From Oligoflexus sp. (GTDB taxonomy: Bacteria > Bdellovibrionota_B > Oligoflexia > Oligoflexales > Oligoflexaceae): a DNA stretch of 64,000 nucleotides. The translations under genes were made by a program, and so were the position numbers. Shown one piece after another: positions 9,012-19,083 of the stretch (position 1 is its first letter; each line of letters begins with the position of its first letter). Location of the stretch: positions 49,466 through 113,465 of the forward strand of contig JBGSTF010000129.1 in assembly GCA_041736645.1 (NCBI GenBank), given 5' to 3'. The notes below the pieces were generated by a model. It was not told the origin of the DNA. It was given only the letters and a program-made list of their open reading frames with translations, and did not search any database.

Positions 9012-11438
9012 TTACGAAGAACTCTTGGTTGCTCTGGGTAGCTCCAGTTCAAAGCAGCTGGTGGATTCACCAAGGTTAAAATCGAGCCTTCCAGGGGCTC
9101 TTTGTACGATCCGCCTTGCGACATGCAAGCCGTTGCTGGGAGTGGTAGCCTCATTGCTCTCGGTTGCAGGATCAAAGAGGTGCAATGCTTGGACCTCTGT
9201 GAGTTTTGGACCACCACAGGTGAACCGAAGCAGCAGCATATCATCTCGGGACTGGGCTCTTATCTTCAGCCATTTGTCCTGGTCGAGGAGCATTTCAAGT
9301 CGGTGGCATAGGGTTGTGATGAGGCCTATTCCAACCTGCATGAGATCAGCTGGATGAATCAAAAGGGTATCTTCAGATATTACCATGTCCAATCTCACAC
9401 CTGTGACTCGCAACCTGGGTCCGAGCAAGCTCTGAATCTTCTGCATGGTGTGATCGACTCGGCAAAGTTTTTGAGTGCCACGTCTTTGATGAAATTCCAA
9501 AATTCCATCCATAAGCAGCCTAGCTTTAGCGGATTGATCTAAAAGGTGCATGTGGGCACTGGCCAGACTCGTAATGCGATGATAGAGAATCAGTTCCGGC
9601 AGAGAGAGTGTTTGTAAAGATTGCCAAAGGAATGATTTTTCCGTACCAGAAAAAGCTGTTGGGGCAAGTTGTAGACGCATGGCGCGGAGGATCCCGAGGC
9701 TTTCAGCATCGGTTTTTGGCAAAGGCAAAGTGTCGAGCTCGACGTCATCAGCCAAATCCAGATCCTGTAGGAATATGTTTGAAAATCCTGGACCGAATTG
9801 GGCGACTTGGGGCAAAGCAGCGATGGCTTCCTGGCACAAGGAACGGCCAACTTCAGGTCGACGTTCCGCATAGATATCTTTGAATTCTCGGCTGAGATCG
9901 GTGATGAGCTCGCCGAGCTGTGCAAGCTTTTCACGCTCCTCCATGAGAGCCACCCGTTTGGTGAGCCGCTGCCGACTGAGGAGGTTTCTGACTCGAAGAA
10001 CGAGTTCTTGTTGAATGATAGGTTTGGTGAGATAGTCGTCGGCTCCTAAATCCAAGCCATGGATGCGATCCTCTTCGGAAGCGCGAGCTGTGATGAGAAT
10101 AACAGGGATATCATTGAGAGTGGAATCCAACTGCTTCTCTTGCATGACATTCTCACCGGTGAACTCCGGCATTGTAAGGTCCAGGAGCACCAGATCAGGC
10201 CGATCGCCTCGCATGCGAGCCAAAGCTTCGCGACCACCATAGGCGAGGGTCACTCGATAACCCTGAGGAATCAATATTTCTTGGATGATTTCACAGTTGA
10301 TTTCATTGTCGTCGACCACCAGGATATGAGCCGCATAGCCATCGAGTTTCATCAGATTATGGCTTGGAACGCTGCCATGAATAGGAATGTAGCTCGGCTC
10401 TCCTGCGGATCGAGAAGCCAGAGGAATAGTCTCAGCGGGCGGCGGTTCCAGATGAATCTCACTTTGCTCGGGTATGACGACAGTGAACTTGCTGCCTGTT
10501 CCCAGCTCTGAGCTGATCTTCATCTCGCCTCCAAGGAGACGCAGCAGAACGCGGACCATGGGCAAGCCCAGGCCTCGTTCTTCATAGCGGGAAGCCTGTG
10601 GCGAATCTGAGAGGAGATCTTTGTCGTTGAAGATGCGACTGATCTGATCGGAATTCAAGCCCAAGCCTTGATCGCTGACCTCAATAGTCAATGCGCGATT
10701 GCGCTTTGAGATGGCTAAGGTCACGTGATTGCGCTGATGCGCCTTGCTGAACTTAAAGGCATTCCCAACGAGATGTCGCAATATGACGAGAAGTTTGGCC
10801 GAATCATTGATGAAGCTTGCATCATCAGGCGGCCACAGCTTTTTGACTTCAAAATGGCAGTCGACGTGGCGAAGACTGAGGCTTTCGGCAATCACTTCGA
10901 TCTCGCTGACCAATTGAGTCAGGGCTATGCGACTGTTGCGCAGCTGCAGTTTACCCCGTCTGCCGTCGGCTAAATCGAGGATAGTATTGATCTGCAGTTT
11001 GAGGGATTCGGCGAGCATCACACATTTGCCCAGTTGCACCCGGACCGGCTGTGGGAGAGTGCCGTACTGTCCTTGCGAGGTCAGCTGCAAAAAGCCAATG
11101 ATGCCGTTTAAGGGCGTGCGAAGTTCATGCGAGCTACTGTGAAAGAATGTGGTGCGAAATTGGTCTTCGGCTAGGACATCTTGCAATCGTTGGCCCAAGT
11201 CTTCCTGTTCTAAGGTTTGTTCGGCAAGTCGCCTTTGCAGCCGATTGATGTGCAGTTGCAGCCAAAAGCAAAAACCGATGGCAGCTGCCAGAAGCAAGAG
11301 GAGGAGCACCGAGATCCAAGGCCATAGCTCGGGACTCCAGGCCGCTTTTGCCTGAAGATCTGTGCTGAGCATCAGCAGAAAGCCAGCGCCCCAACCGCTA
11401 GGCAGGGGACGCCCGTGACTTGAACGAAAACGCGCCAT
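9012..11438 (-). CDS. membrane-anchored hybrid histidine kinase. It has HisKA (HELRTPL), HATPase_c and a receiver (ILVVDDNE..LVLLDLTMP..KP), then a ~330-aa C-terminal extension.
   Basis: An N-terminal TM segment (LLLLLLAAAIGFCFWL) is followed by the H-box, the G-boxes (GLGLPMV..GTGSKF) and the receiver acidic pocket. Confidence 0.85.
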   Translation of the reverse strand: MARFRSSHGRPLPSGWGAGFLLMLSTDLQAKAAWSPELWPWISVLLLLLLAAAIGFCFWLQLHINRLQRRLAEQTLEQEDLGQRLQDVLAEDQFRTTFFHSSSHELRTPLNGIIGFLQLTSQGQYGTLPQPVRVQLGKCVMLAESLKLQINTILDLADGRRGKLQLRNSRIALTQLVSEIEVIAESLSLRHVDCHFEVKKLWPPDDASFINDSAKLLVILRHLVGNAFKFSKAHQRNHVTLAISKRNRALTIEVSDQGLGLNSDQISRIFNDKDLLSDSPQASRYEERGLGLPMVRVLLRLLGGEMKISSELGTGSKFTVVIPEQSEIHLEPPPAETIPLASRSAGEPSYIPIHGSVPSHNLMKLDGYAAHILVVDDNEINCEIIQEILIPQGYRVTLAYGGREALARMRGDRPDLVLLDLTMPEFTGENVMQEKQLDSTLNDIPVILITARASEEDRIHGLDLGADDYLTKPIIQQELVLRVRNLLSRQRLTKRVALMEEREKLAQLGELITDLSREFKDIYAERRPEVGRSLCQEAIAALPQVAQFGPGFSNIFLQDLDLADDVELDTLPLPKTDAESLGILRAMRLQLAPTAFSGTEKSFLWQSLQTLSLPELILYHRITSLASAHMHLLDQSAKARLLMDGILEFHQRRGTQKLCRVDHTMQKIQSLLGPRLRVTGVRLDMVISEDTLLIHPADLMQVGIGLITTLCHRLEMLLDQDKWLKIRAQSRDDMLLLRFTCGGPKLTEVQALHLFDPATESNEATTPSNGLHVARRIVQRAPGRLDFNLGESTSCFELELPRATKSSS

Positions 11439-11495
11439 GGACTCTTTCTTCCGTAAGGATTCCTGAGTCTTCTATCGGCGCATTTTTGGAAATCC

Positions 11496-12761
11496 TCAGC
11501 CGATGGTTGTTCGGCCACCCAAGTAGGGTTGCAAAGCCTTTGGAATGCGGATCTTTCCGTCTTCTGTTTGGTGATTCTCGATCAGAGGAATCATGACGCG
11601 TGGCGTGGCAATCGCCGTGTTATTGAGGGTATAAGCATAAAGATTTTGGCCATTTTTGTCTTTGTATCTAAGTTTTAAACGACGAGTCTGAAAGTCGTAG
11701 AAAGTCGAACAGCTGTGAGTCTCGCCGTAGGCAGAACGCGAAGGCATCCAGGTTTCAATATCATGCTTGCGTACCTGTCCTTGACCTAAATCACCGGTGC
11801 AGACATACACAACACGGTAGGGCAATTCCAAAGCTTGCAGGATTTGTTCTGCATTGTTCAAAAGTTCGGAGTGCAATCGGTCCGATTCCTCAGCATCAGC
11901 ATGACCAATGACGACCTGCTCGACTTTTTGGAATTGGTGAACTCGATAAAGACCGCGAGCGTCTTTCCCATAGGTTCCAGCTTCTCTGCGGAAGCAAGTG
12001 CTTTGGGCGAAGTAGCGGATGGGCAATTGATCGTCTTTGAGAATTTCTCCCGAATGATAGGAGGTCAACGAAACTTCAGCCGTACCCACCAGAACCATCG
12101 TGTCGCGTTCGACCAGATAGGCTTGTTCACGTCCGACGGGGAAGTAGCCGGTGCCAACCATCGCTTCTTCCTTCACCAGAACCGGAATGGATAGCTGGGT
12201 GAAGCCTTTATTGTTAAGAAAGTCGACTGTGAAACGCAGCACGGCCTGTTCCAACTGCGCGCCCAAGCCTCTCAAAACATAAGACCGGCTGCCCGCAAGT
12301 TTAACGCCGCGTTCGACATCGAACAGATCCAAGCTTTCGCCGAGTTCGACGTGATCTTTGGTTTTGAATGAAAACTCCGGCACCTGTCCCCAGCGCTTCA
12401 CTTCGACATTTTCGGTATCATCTTTGCCAATCGGCACATCGTCCCGAGCTGGTGCGGGAACGAGCAGCATCAGTTGGTCGAACTCCTGACTGAGCTCGCG
12501 AACTTCGCCCTCTAAAGCTTCCAGTCGCGGCTTGAGAGTGCCGACCTGAGCCTTGAGCGTTTCCCTATCGGCAGGGCTGGCGGTGGCAATGGTTTTAGAT
12601 ATACGATTGCGATCAGCCTGCAGCTGTTCCATCTCGACTTGTTTTTTCCGTAGGTTGTCATCCAGACTCAAAAGCCGATCGAGGTCGACTTTCATGCGTT
12701 TATCGTGAATGGCTTTTTGTAACTTATCCTGATTGTCTCGGATGTATTTGATGTCGAGCAT
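11496..12761 (-). CDS. serS: seryl-tRNA synthetase
   Basis: An N-terminal coiled-coil arm (MLDIKYIRDN..) is followed by class II motifs (FRRE, GLYRVHQF, GETHSCS). Confidence 0.9.
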   Translation of the reverse strand: MLDIKYIRDNQDKLQKAIHDKRMKVDLDRLLSLDDNLRKKQVEMEQLQADRNRISKTIATASPADRETLKAQVGTLKPRLEALEGEVRELSQEFDQLMLLVPAPARDDVPIGKDDTENVEVKRWGQVPEFSFKTKDHVELGESLDLFDVERGVKLAGSRSYVLRGLGAQLEQAVLRFTVDFLNNKGFTQLSIPVLVKEEAMVGTGYFPVGREQAYLVERDTMVLVGTAEVSLTSYHSGEILKDDQLPIRYFAQSTCFRREAGTYGKDARGLYRVHQFQKVEQVVIGHADAEESDRLHSELLNNAEQILQALELPYRVVYVCTGDLGQGQVRKHDIETWMPSRSAYGETHSCSTFYDFQTRRLKLRYKDKNGQNLYAYTLNNTAIATPRVMIPLIENHQTEDGKIRIPKALQPYLGGRTTIG

Positions 12762-13049
12762 GGTTTCTTCAGCTTCCTATGTCCATTGGCACACGCGGCG
12801 GGCCATTGCCCACTCAACTCAGGCGGCCATCATACAGAAGCAGGAGGGGCCTGGAAAGTGTTCAGAATAGAAGAAATCCCCTGAAAAGACAGGGTTGGTG
12901 TTTTCCTCGGACCATTGGGGGCGATTCGTCACCAGGCTTTGGGATTCAGTGAAAAAGGCTGGACCCATTCGGTATTTTCCCCTAAGACAATCTGCTCGGA
13001 GGGTGGGCTGCGTCAGCTTTTCTGAAACTCCGCAGAGCGAGGCAATTTC

Positions 13050-14195
13050 ATGATAAAGTCTAATCCTTTCATAGCCTTGGGGTTGCCCGAGAACCCTATC
13101 CTGCTGGCTCCTCTGGCCGGGGTTTCCGATCATCCCTTTCGTCGAAGCTGCGCCCAGTACGGAGCTGATTTGACTTATGTGGAGATGATATCCGCCACAG
13201 CCTTGCTCTATGAAAGCAAAAGAACCTTCGATATGTTGAGGCGCCATCCTGAAGAGTCCATACTAGGCGTCCAAGTGACTGGATCCAGCGCAGCGGATGT
13301 GGGGCGAGCTGTGGCAATCCTGGCCCAGCAAAATTTTGAAACCATCGACATCAATATGGGCTGTCCTGTGAAGAAGGTGGTCAAAACCGGCTGCGGATCG
13401 GCGATTTTACGCGATCCTGAGCGCGTGATGCAGACGGTCAAGGCCGCCTGTGAAGCCACCGATAAACCTATTTCAGCGAAAATTCGCCTCGGCTGGGATC
13501 ATGAATCGATCAATGGTATCGAAGTCGCGCAAGCTGCAGCAGCAGGTGGAGCTGCATGGATTGTGGTCCACGGTCGCACTCGCGCTGACGACTATGCCTG
13601 TCCGGTGAATTTGGAAGGTATTCGTCAAATCAAAGCTGCCGTGAATATACCCGTGCTCGGCAATGGCAATCTCTTCCAGTGGGAAGACATACAGCATATG
13701 CGAACGGTCACCGGCGTGGATGGGGTGATGATCAGTCGCGGAGCGCTGGGCAATCCCTGGCTATTCCGTGAAATTCGTCAGCTCGATAAAGCGGTCGATA
13801 TCGATGAATGGGAACACACTGTGCTGCAACATCTTCGTTGGCAGCAGGACGAATATGGCGAGCAGCCGGGGGCGGCTGTGTGCATGCGCAAACATCTGCT
13901 CTGGTATGCTAAAGGCTGGCAAGGTGTGAAGAGCTTTCGCGAAGCGATCAACATTGCCGAGAGTCTAGCGGCAGCTGGAGACTTGGTTAAAAAATTCGCC
14001 GATCAACTTCGGCAGGATCAATTTCATCAAAGAGCCACGATTATTCAAAACGAAGCGGGTCTGCGCTTTGCCTGGGATCCCAAGTACGAAATGGATCGTC
14101 GCTTGGATCGTGGAGTGGGCGATGATGGAATGGAAAACCCAGCGCCTTGTGATCCAGGAGCGAATGGCCAATCAAGAGCTGAGGCAATGACTTAG
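13050..14195 (+). CDS. dusB: tRNA-dihydrouridine synthase (DusB-like) with a C-terminal extension
   Basis: LAPLAGVSDHPFRR and IDINMGCPVKKV match the Dus family. Confidence 0.85.
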   Translation: MIKSNPFIALGLPENPILLAPLAGVSDHPFRRSCAQYGADLTYVEMISATALLYESKRTFDMLRRHPEESILGVQVTGSSAADVGRAVAILAQQNFETIDINMGCPVKKVVKTGCGSAILRDPERVMQTVKAACEATDKPISAKIRLGWDHESINGIEVAQAAAAGGAAWIVVHGRTRADDYACPVNLEGIRQIKAAVNIPVLGNGNLFQWEDIQHMRTVTGVDGVMISRGALGNPWLFREIRQLDKAVDIDEWEHTVLQHLRWQQDEYGEQPGAAVCMRKHLLWYAKGWQGVKSFREAINIAESLAAAGDLVKKFADQLRQDQFHQRATIIQNEAGLRFAWDPKYEMDRRLDRGVGDDGMENPAPCDPGANGQSRAEAMT

Positions 14196-14649
14196 GGAGC
14201 TGGAGCAGCAAATGGCCGGGTGCGCCGAATCCGGACAACAAAAAACCCACGAACATTCGCGATCTCCTCAAAATTCCGAATACCCGCTAGCATAAAGAAA
14301 AGGCCACATTCGGAAATTTCATGTCATCACGCTATCGTCGTTACGATCACAGAATAAAAAACATGAAGAATGGAAATCAGGATCAGTCCAACAGCATGCA
14401 GCGTTACAATGGTATCCCACTGGCCTCTTCTGACCAAGCCTGTAAAGAAAGCGCTAAGCTAAATATGCCGAATAGATTTATTATTTTGTAAAATAGGAGC
14501 CGATAGAAACGGTAAGCACGAAGCCAAGGTCTTGTACCGAGATTCTTGGAGACCTATCGATTGAGCCCGACAACTTAAGATGAGACCCAAGTATCCCAGG
14601 CTAGACAATAATAAATAAAGTCCAATTTTTTAGTTCACCCGATCATCTC

Positions 14650-15504
14650 TTACATTAGATCTTTTCCTAGACATATTTCGTTACAATTCCGCCGACAGTC
14701 TGCCATTTCTCTGGTCGAACCAGCATTGAACAGAGTGTCTCTAAATTTTGGACAATCAAATGCATTAAGACAGCTTTTGCACGAGCTGACAGCAGCTGCG
14801 TCACAGCTGGGAATGCCCAATTTTATATTTCGATCCAAGGCTTCTTGATCATAAAAATTACTCGAATTGCAAGTCAGGAGCCTGTCGCCTATGAATTTAA
14901 AGATCTCAGAATAGATCGCGATATTCTTCTTGTTTTCTTTGTCTTGAATGCCGAGGGGATCGTCATTGCACTGCGGGCTGACTGGTGCACAGTATTGAGC
15001 AGAACCGGTCATAGTTACATAGATATTGGAATTGTTTACGGTGCAATTGCACTCGGAATTTTCAGAGGAAAACGCTTTCTCCTTACAGAATCCCGCATCG
15101 TCCGTTGGTTTGAGGTAGGCTTTTAAAGGTTGTTTGAATGTGTTGTTTTTATCTTCATATGCTTTGATCTTAGTCAGAGCTTGATGGCACTCAGCCTCTA
15201 GATCCGCTGAATTATTTCCGGCCATATATAGACAGAGAATCCCGGTATTGGGTTCTTCAGAATAGTATGCCTTAAAATCTTGATCGCTCATATCGGAATA
15301 ATCCGTTCGATCGTTAGAATTTTTAATTTCACAACGCAGGTAGGATCGACCTGCCTGCTTGGTGCCAGATGTCGGAGTTCTATTTTGATTTGAGGGATCA
15401 GGATTGACTTGAACGGGACTAGTTGGCTTTTTCCCCGAATCACTTGTCTTGCAGCAAACGAAAACGAAGCTACATAGAAACATGGTAAAAATGCGGTATA
15501 CCAT
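14650..15504 (-). CDS. Cys-rich secreted lipoprotein (>20 Cys), hypothetical
   Basis: A signal peptide with a lipobox-like FVFVCC is present. The gene sits in a local low-GC stretch. Confidence 0.6.
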   Translation of the reverse strand: MVYRIFTMFLCSFVFVCCKTSDSGKKPTSPVQVNPDPSNQNRTPTSGTKQAGRSYLRCEIKNSNDRTDYSDMSDQDFKAYYSEEPNTGILCLYMAGNNSADLEAECHQALTKIKAYEDKNNTFKQPLKAYLKPTDDAGFCKEKAFSSENSECNCTVNNSNIYVTMTGSAQYCAPVSPQCNDDPLGIQDKENKKNIAIYSEIFKFIGDRLLTCNSSNFYDQEALDRNIKLGIPSCDAAAVSSCKSCLNAFDCPKFRDTLFNAGSTREMADCRRNCNEICLGKDLM

Positions 15505-15790
15505 AGATATTTCTCATCCTTCAATATTAGGCATCGGCGAAACTCAAGTTTCAAAAATTATCCACGACTGGAGCAGCAAATGTCAAATTTTGAGGAGAAA
15601 ATTAAGTGCCTGGAGCAGCCCACGCTTGGGAATTCACTGCTATGCGATGCTATGATCCGGGGCATTGCCGACCAGCAAGTCGATTGAACTCATTTCTACG
15701 GGGTCACTGCAACTTCTGAGTCAAGCTCATTACTTCGAATCCACCAATTGTAATCTTTGCATCTGGAAATTGCTTGAAGCCTAACGTGGC

Positions 15791-17779
15791 TCAGCTCGCC
15801 ATTTTTTCCGGCTGTTCGTACTGGATCTTTTGCAGCTCGATAATAATCTTAGTGCCCTGCCCAACGTGACTGACCAGATGCACGGTTCCCCCTAAAGCGA
15901 TCACTTCCGCTTTAAATGCTGACATGCCGTTGCCACGTCCAGAAATCTCGTTCACTTTTGTTTCGGTCGTCATGCCATCGGCAAAAACCAAATCGACCAA
16001 TTCCTGTTCATTCAGCTTGGATAGGTTAGTCTCTGAGATTATTTTCAATTCCAAAGCGCGGCGTTTGATTTCCTCAGGGTTGATGCCGCGTCCATCGTCG
16101 GCCAATTCTATAAGCAGCCTATCACCACGATCATCCAGGCGGATTTCCAATACTGGTGGCCAAGGTTTGCCGTTACGTTCGTGCTGCTCTTCGATGCCAT
16201 GGTACAAGGCATTACGAAATAAGTTGGGAAAGTGTTGAATGACTTTTTCTAAGTGGGGGCTCGTGCGGATATCAGCACCCTGAATGATTAACTCGGCTGG
16301 TTTGCCGATCCTGCCAGCGATCTGCTGCAGTTGGTGATCTAATGGCAGAAGTAACTGTCTGATAGATACTGTCGCCAACTGATTAATCGACTGGGTCATG
16401 TGCTGAAAGGATGAATCCTGCTGCCCCAAATACTGTGCCGCCAGCTGTTTTAGCTGGGTGATTTGCTTTAAACTGACAGTAAATTGAGGATCTTGCGCAA
16501 GAGTCAGACTTTGAATTCCCAGGACTTCTTTGTTGCTGTCTAGAAAATTATTTATTGTGTCGACAAGATATTGCACGTCCTCAAGCTTGATCGAATTTTT
16601 GTCCTCAATTTCGTGAATAAACTGAGACGCTATTTCCAATCCAAAAGAAGATAGGTTACCTTTCATAGTGTGCAAAAGTCTTTGGGAATAGACATTTTGC
16701 GGACCAAGATAGTTCTCCTCTAAACTTTTTAAAGCCTCATACGTTTCTCTTAGCATACTGAGCAAACCCTCACGATTGCGAATATTCTGCAAAAGAAAGA
16801 GGTTCCTACGACTCTCCGTTTCAGCCTTGATTTGATTGCTAATATCCTTGATGGTAAAAAGCAATGATTGAATCACCGAACTCTGGTCCCGAATAACTTT
16901 CCCCTCTATGGAGAAATGTTCCGATTCGCCGAAATCTATTAGCTTTGGCAGATTGCTCAGTGTTACTTCTTCCGGCAAGCAATCATCGAAGACTTGCTGG
17001 AGGGCCAATCGATATTCCTCAACCTGCACGGAATTCGAACGTATGAGACTGGCAAAATCGAGGCCAGTCAATTCTTTACGGTTAAAAATCTGGAGACAAG
17101 CGCGAGAGTAGCCAGCCTTTATCAGCATGTCGCGACCGATCATGAGAAAGCTGGTTTGCACATTGTTTACAATATTTTCGATCGATTGATTTCGATCAGC
17201 CAACTGTTTGTTAATTTCCTGCATTTGCTTTCGGTAGATGAGGGCAAAGGCTAAGCCAACCAAGATTACAGTATTGATGACGAAAAACGAAGTCGACTTG
17301 AAAATGGCGAATCTGTCGAGCTCCATCTGAGTCAGGTTATCAGGACTAAACACTAACACAAAGACTGTAGCAATAAAGCACAGGACGACGGTTATAGCGG
17401 CGTGTTTGATGTCGAGCACCAGAGCCACACCCAAAGGCATAACCATGAGCCAAAAAATATTGGCATTGATCAGACCACCAAAACTCAGTGTTGATAGAGC
17501 AACAGATGCTATAGAAAAAACCAGTATGGTATAAACGGCAAGCGTGACCTTTGCCAAGTAGCGTAGCCCCATAAGGGCAAGAATAACCCCTGCATAGGTC
17601 AGGCAGGACATGAGTGCAGCCCGATAAAGGCCCATAGAATAATTCAAGATGGTATTCAGAGTCGTCGAACTTAGAATCACTGCTGATGCCATGACGATAT
17701 ACTCAGCCGTGCGCCGCTGAGGATAGACGAGGTCTTCGTGAATAAAGAAATCTATGCTTTTTTTTAGCTTCTGCGACAC
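15791..17779 (-). CDS. CheA-like sensor kinase with an N-terminal polytopic (about 7 TM) domain, an HPt domain (LHTMKGNLSSFG) and an HATPase_c (GRGNGMS..GQGTKI). It has no HisKA/DHp H-box and no CheW domain.
   Basis: Assignment is by hydrophobic segments and motif order. It is paralogous to the proteins at 20197-22935 and 49539-52277. Confidence 0.8.
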   Translation of the reverse strand: MSQKLKKSIDFFIHEDLVYPQRRTAEYIVMASAVILSSTTLNTILNYSMGLYRAALMSCLTYAGVILALMGLRYLAKVTLAVYTILVFSIASVALSTLSFGGLINANIFWLMVMPLGVALVLDIKHAAITVVLCFIATVFVLVFSPDNLTQMELDRFAIFKSTSFFVINTVILVGLAFALIYRKQMQEINKQLADRNQSIENIVNNVQTSFLMIGRDMLIKAGYSRACLQIFNRKELTGLDFASLIRSNSVQVEEYRLALQQVFDDCLPEEVTLSNLPKLIDFGESEHFSIEGKVIRDQSSVIQSLLFTIKDISNQIKAETESRRNLFLLQNIRNREGLLSMLRETYEALKSLEENYLGPQNVYSQRLLHTMKGNLSSFGLEIASQFIHEIEDKNSIKLEDVQYLVDTINNFLDSNKEVLGIQSLTLAQDPQFTVSLKQITQLKQLAAQYLGQQDSSFQHMTQSINQLATVSIRQLLLPLDHQLQQIAGRIGKPAELIIQGADIRTSPHLEKVIQHFPNLFRNALYHGIEEQHERNGKPWPPVLEIRLDDRGDRLLIELADDGRGINPEEIKRRALELKIISETNLSKLNEQELVDLVFADGMTTETKVNEISGRGNGMSAFKAEVIALGGTVHLVSHVGQGTKIIIELQKIQYEQPEKMAS

Positions 17780-18387
17780 TGTTTATCCTTCATCTCGGAC
17801 TCAATAGAAGCGATCTACTTTCATGCCTTCGGCTTGAATCGAAACTCGATAAACGGGTAAATTTTGCCCTGTACCGGATGCAATCTCTTTCCCGGTTTAT
17901 CCAAGCACTCACATTATTTTGACAGTCTTGATGGTCAGCAATCACATTCATTTCGATAGAATCACCAGATGGATTCCGAGGCCCTGTGACAACAGACGAC
18001 TGGTGAGAGTTTGACGGCGCAGACTCTGAAATCCAGAGCTGTGCCCTTTGATATTGGCGGTTCTATGATTCAGCGGGAGCCTGATAAACTAGGTAACACG
18101 ACCGTGCGGCTTACGACCTTATTATCGATCGATTGTCTATTAGCAATACTATCCCACTTGAGGAGGATAACCTTCTGAAATTTGGGTATTTATTTTCCAC
18201 TAGGTCTAAGTGCCCGCCCAGATTTTTGCGTTTGCCAGTCCAAGGCTGTTCATCTGACAGTTATTTATTCACTAGCCATCCTCTTATATAAGTAACTAAA
18301 ATTACAAAAGAAGTCTATGAATCGATCGTTTCTGTGAATTGGCGGTTTAGCCCGGGAGCCGCCAAAGAAGCTTTTCTTTGTTCAGAA

Positions 18388-18407
18388 TTTAGAGTAAATA
18401 CTCTAAA
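18388..18407. promoter_or_regulatory. perfect 20-bp palindrome TTTAGAGTA-AA-TACTCTAAA, likely the TetR operator
   Basis: It lies 32 nt upstream of the tetR-family ATG at 18439. Confidence 0.5.
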
Positions 18408-18438
18408 GAGTCGAAACGGTAAGCTCAGGAAGGCGGCT

Positions 18439-19083
18439 ATGTCTCGTCAAAAAACTCTGGAAGGCATTATTCGAGGCAGCGTGGAGCTGTTCAATCGCTA
18501 TGGTGCATCCGAAGTTTCCACCAATCGGATCGCTGAGCACCTCGAGATTAGTCCGGGCAATCTCTATTACTATTTCCCGAATAAAGAAGCGATCATTCGC
18601 GAAATCTTTGCCGAGGTGCGTAGCAAGATTGAACCTCTATGGCAAACACCAACTGACCAAGCTTTGCATCTGGTGAAGCGGTATGTGCAAACGGTGTTTG
18701 CGATCATTTTTGGCTACCGATTCTTCTTTGCCGAATTGCCGAATCTTTTGCGCCGAGACGAAGCTTTAAAAGAAGACTATTGGCGTTTTCAGTCAAGATT
18801 TAAGCACGAACTGGCGGCAGTTTTTTTGAGATTGAGCGAGGCTGGAATATTAAAGCCATTCACAGAGGATGGTCAACGCATGATGCTGGCCAATAGCATA
18901 TGGATCGTAACGATCTATTGGCACTGCTATCGCGAAACAACGCCCGAGGAAGACCACCGTCCAGCACCCCACAATCTGCTGATGCAGATTATGTTCCTGT
19001 TGAATCCTTACCTTGAACATCGATTTGCAGGGGATGTAAGTCGTATCTTTATGAACTTTATCGAGAGTGAAACCCATGAATAA
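18439..19083 (+). CDS. TetR-family transcriptional regulator
   Basis: The N-terminal HTH (LFNRYGASEVSTNRIAEHLEISPGNLYYYFPNKEAI) matches the family. An AGGAAGG RBS precedes the ATG at 18439. Confidence 0.85.
   Translation: MSRQKTLEGIIRGSVELFNRYGASEVSTNRIAEHLEISPGNLYYYFPNKEAIIREIFAEVRSKIEPLWQTPTDQALHLVKRYVQTVFAIIFGYRFFFAELPNLLRRDEALKEDYWRFQSRFKHELAAVFLRLSEAGILKPFTEDGQRMMLANSIWIVTIYWHCYRETTPEEDHRPAPHNLLMQIMFLLNPYLEHRFAGDVSRIFMNFIESETHE

Noticed and set aside
14330-14500. approximately 55-aa ORF in the dusB downstream gap
   Set aside because: It has a weak RBS and a low-complexity product.
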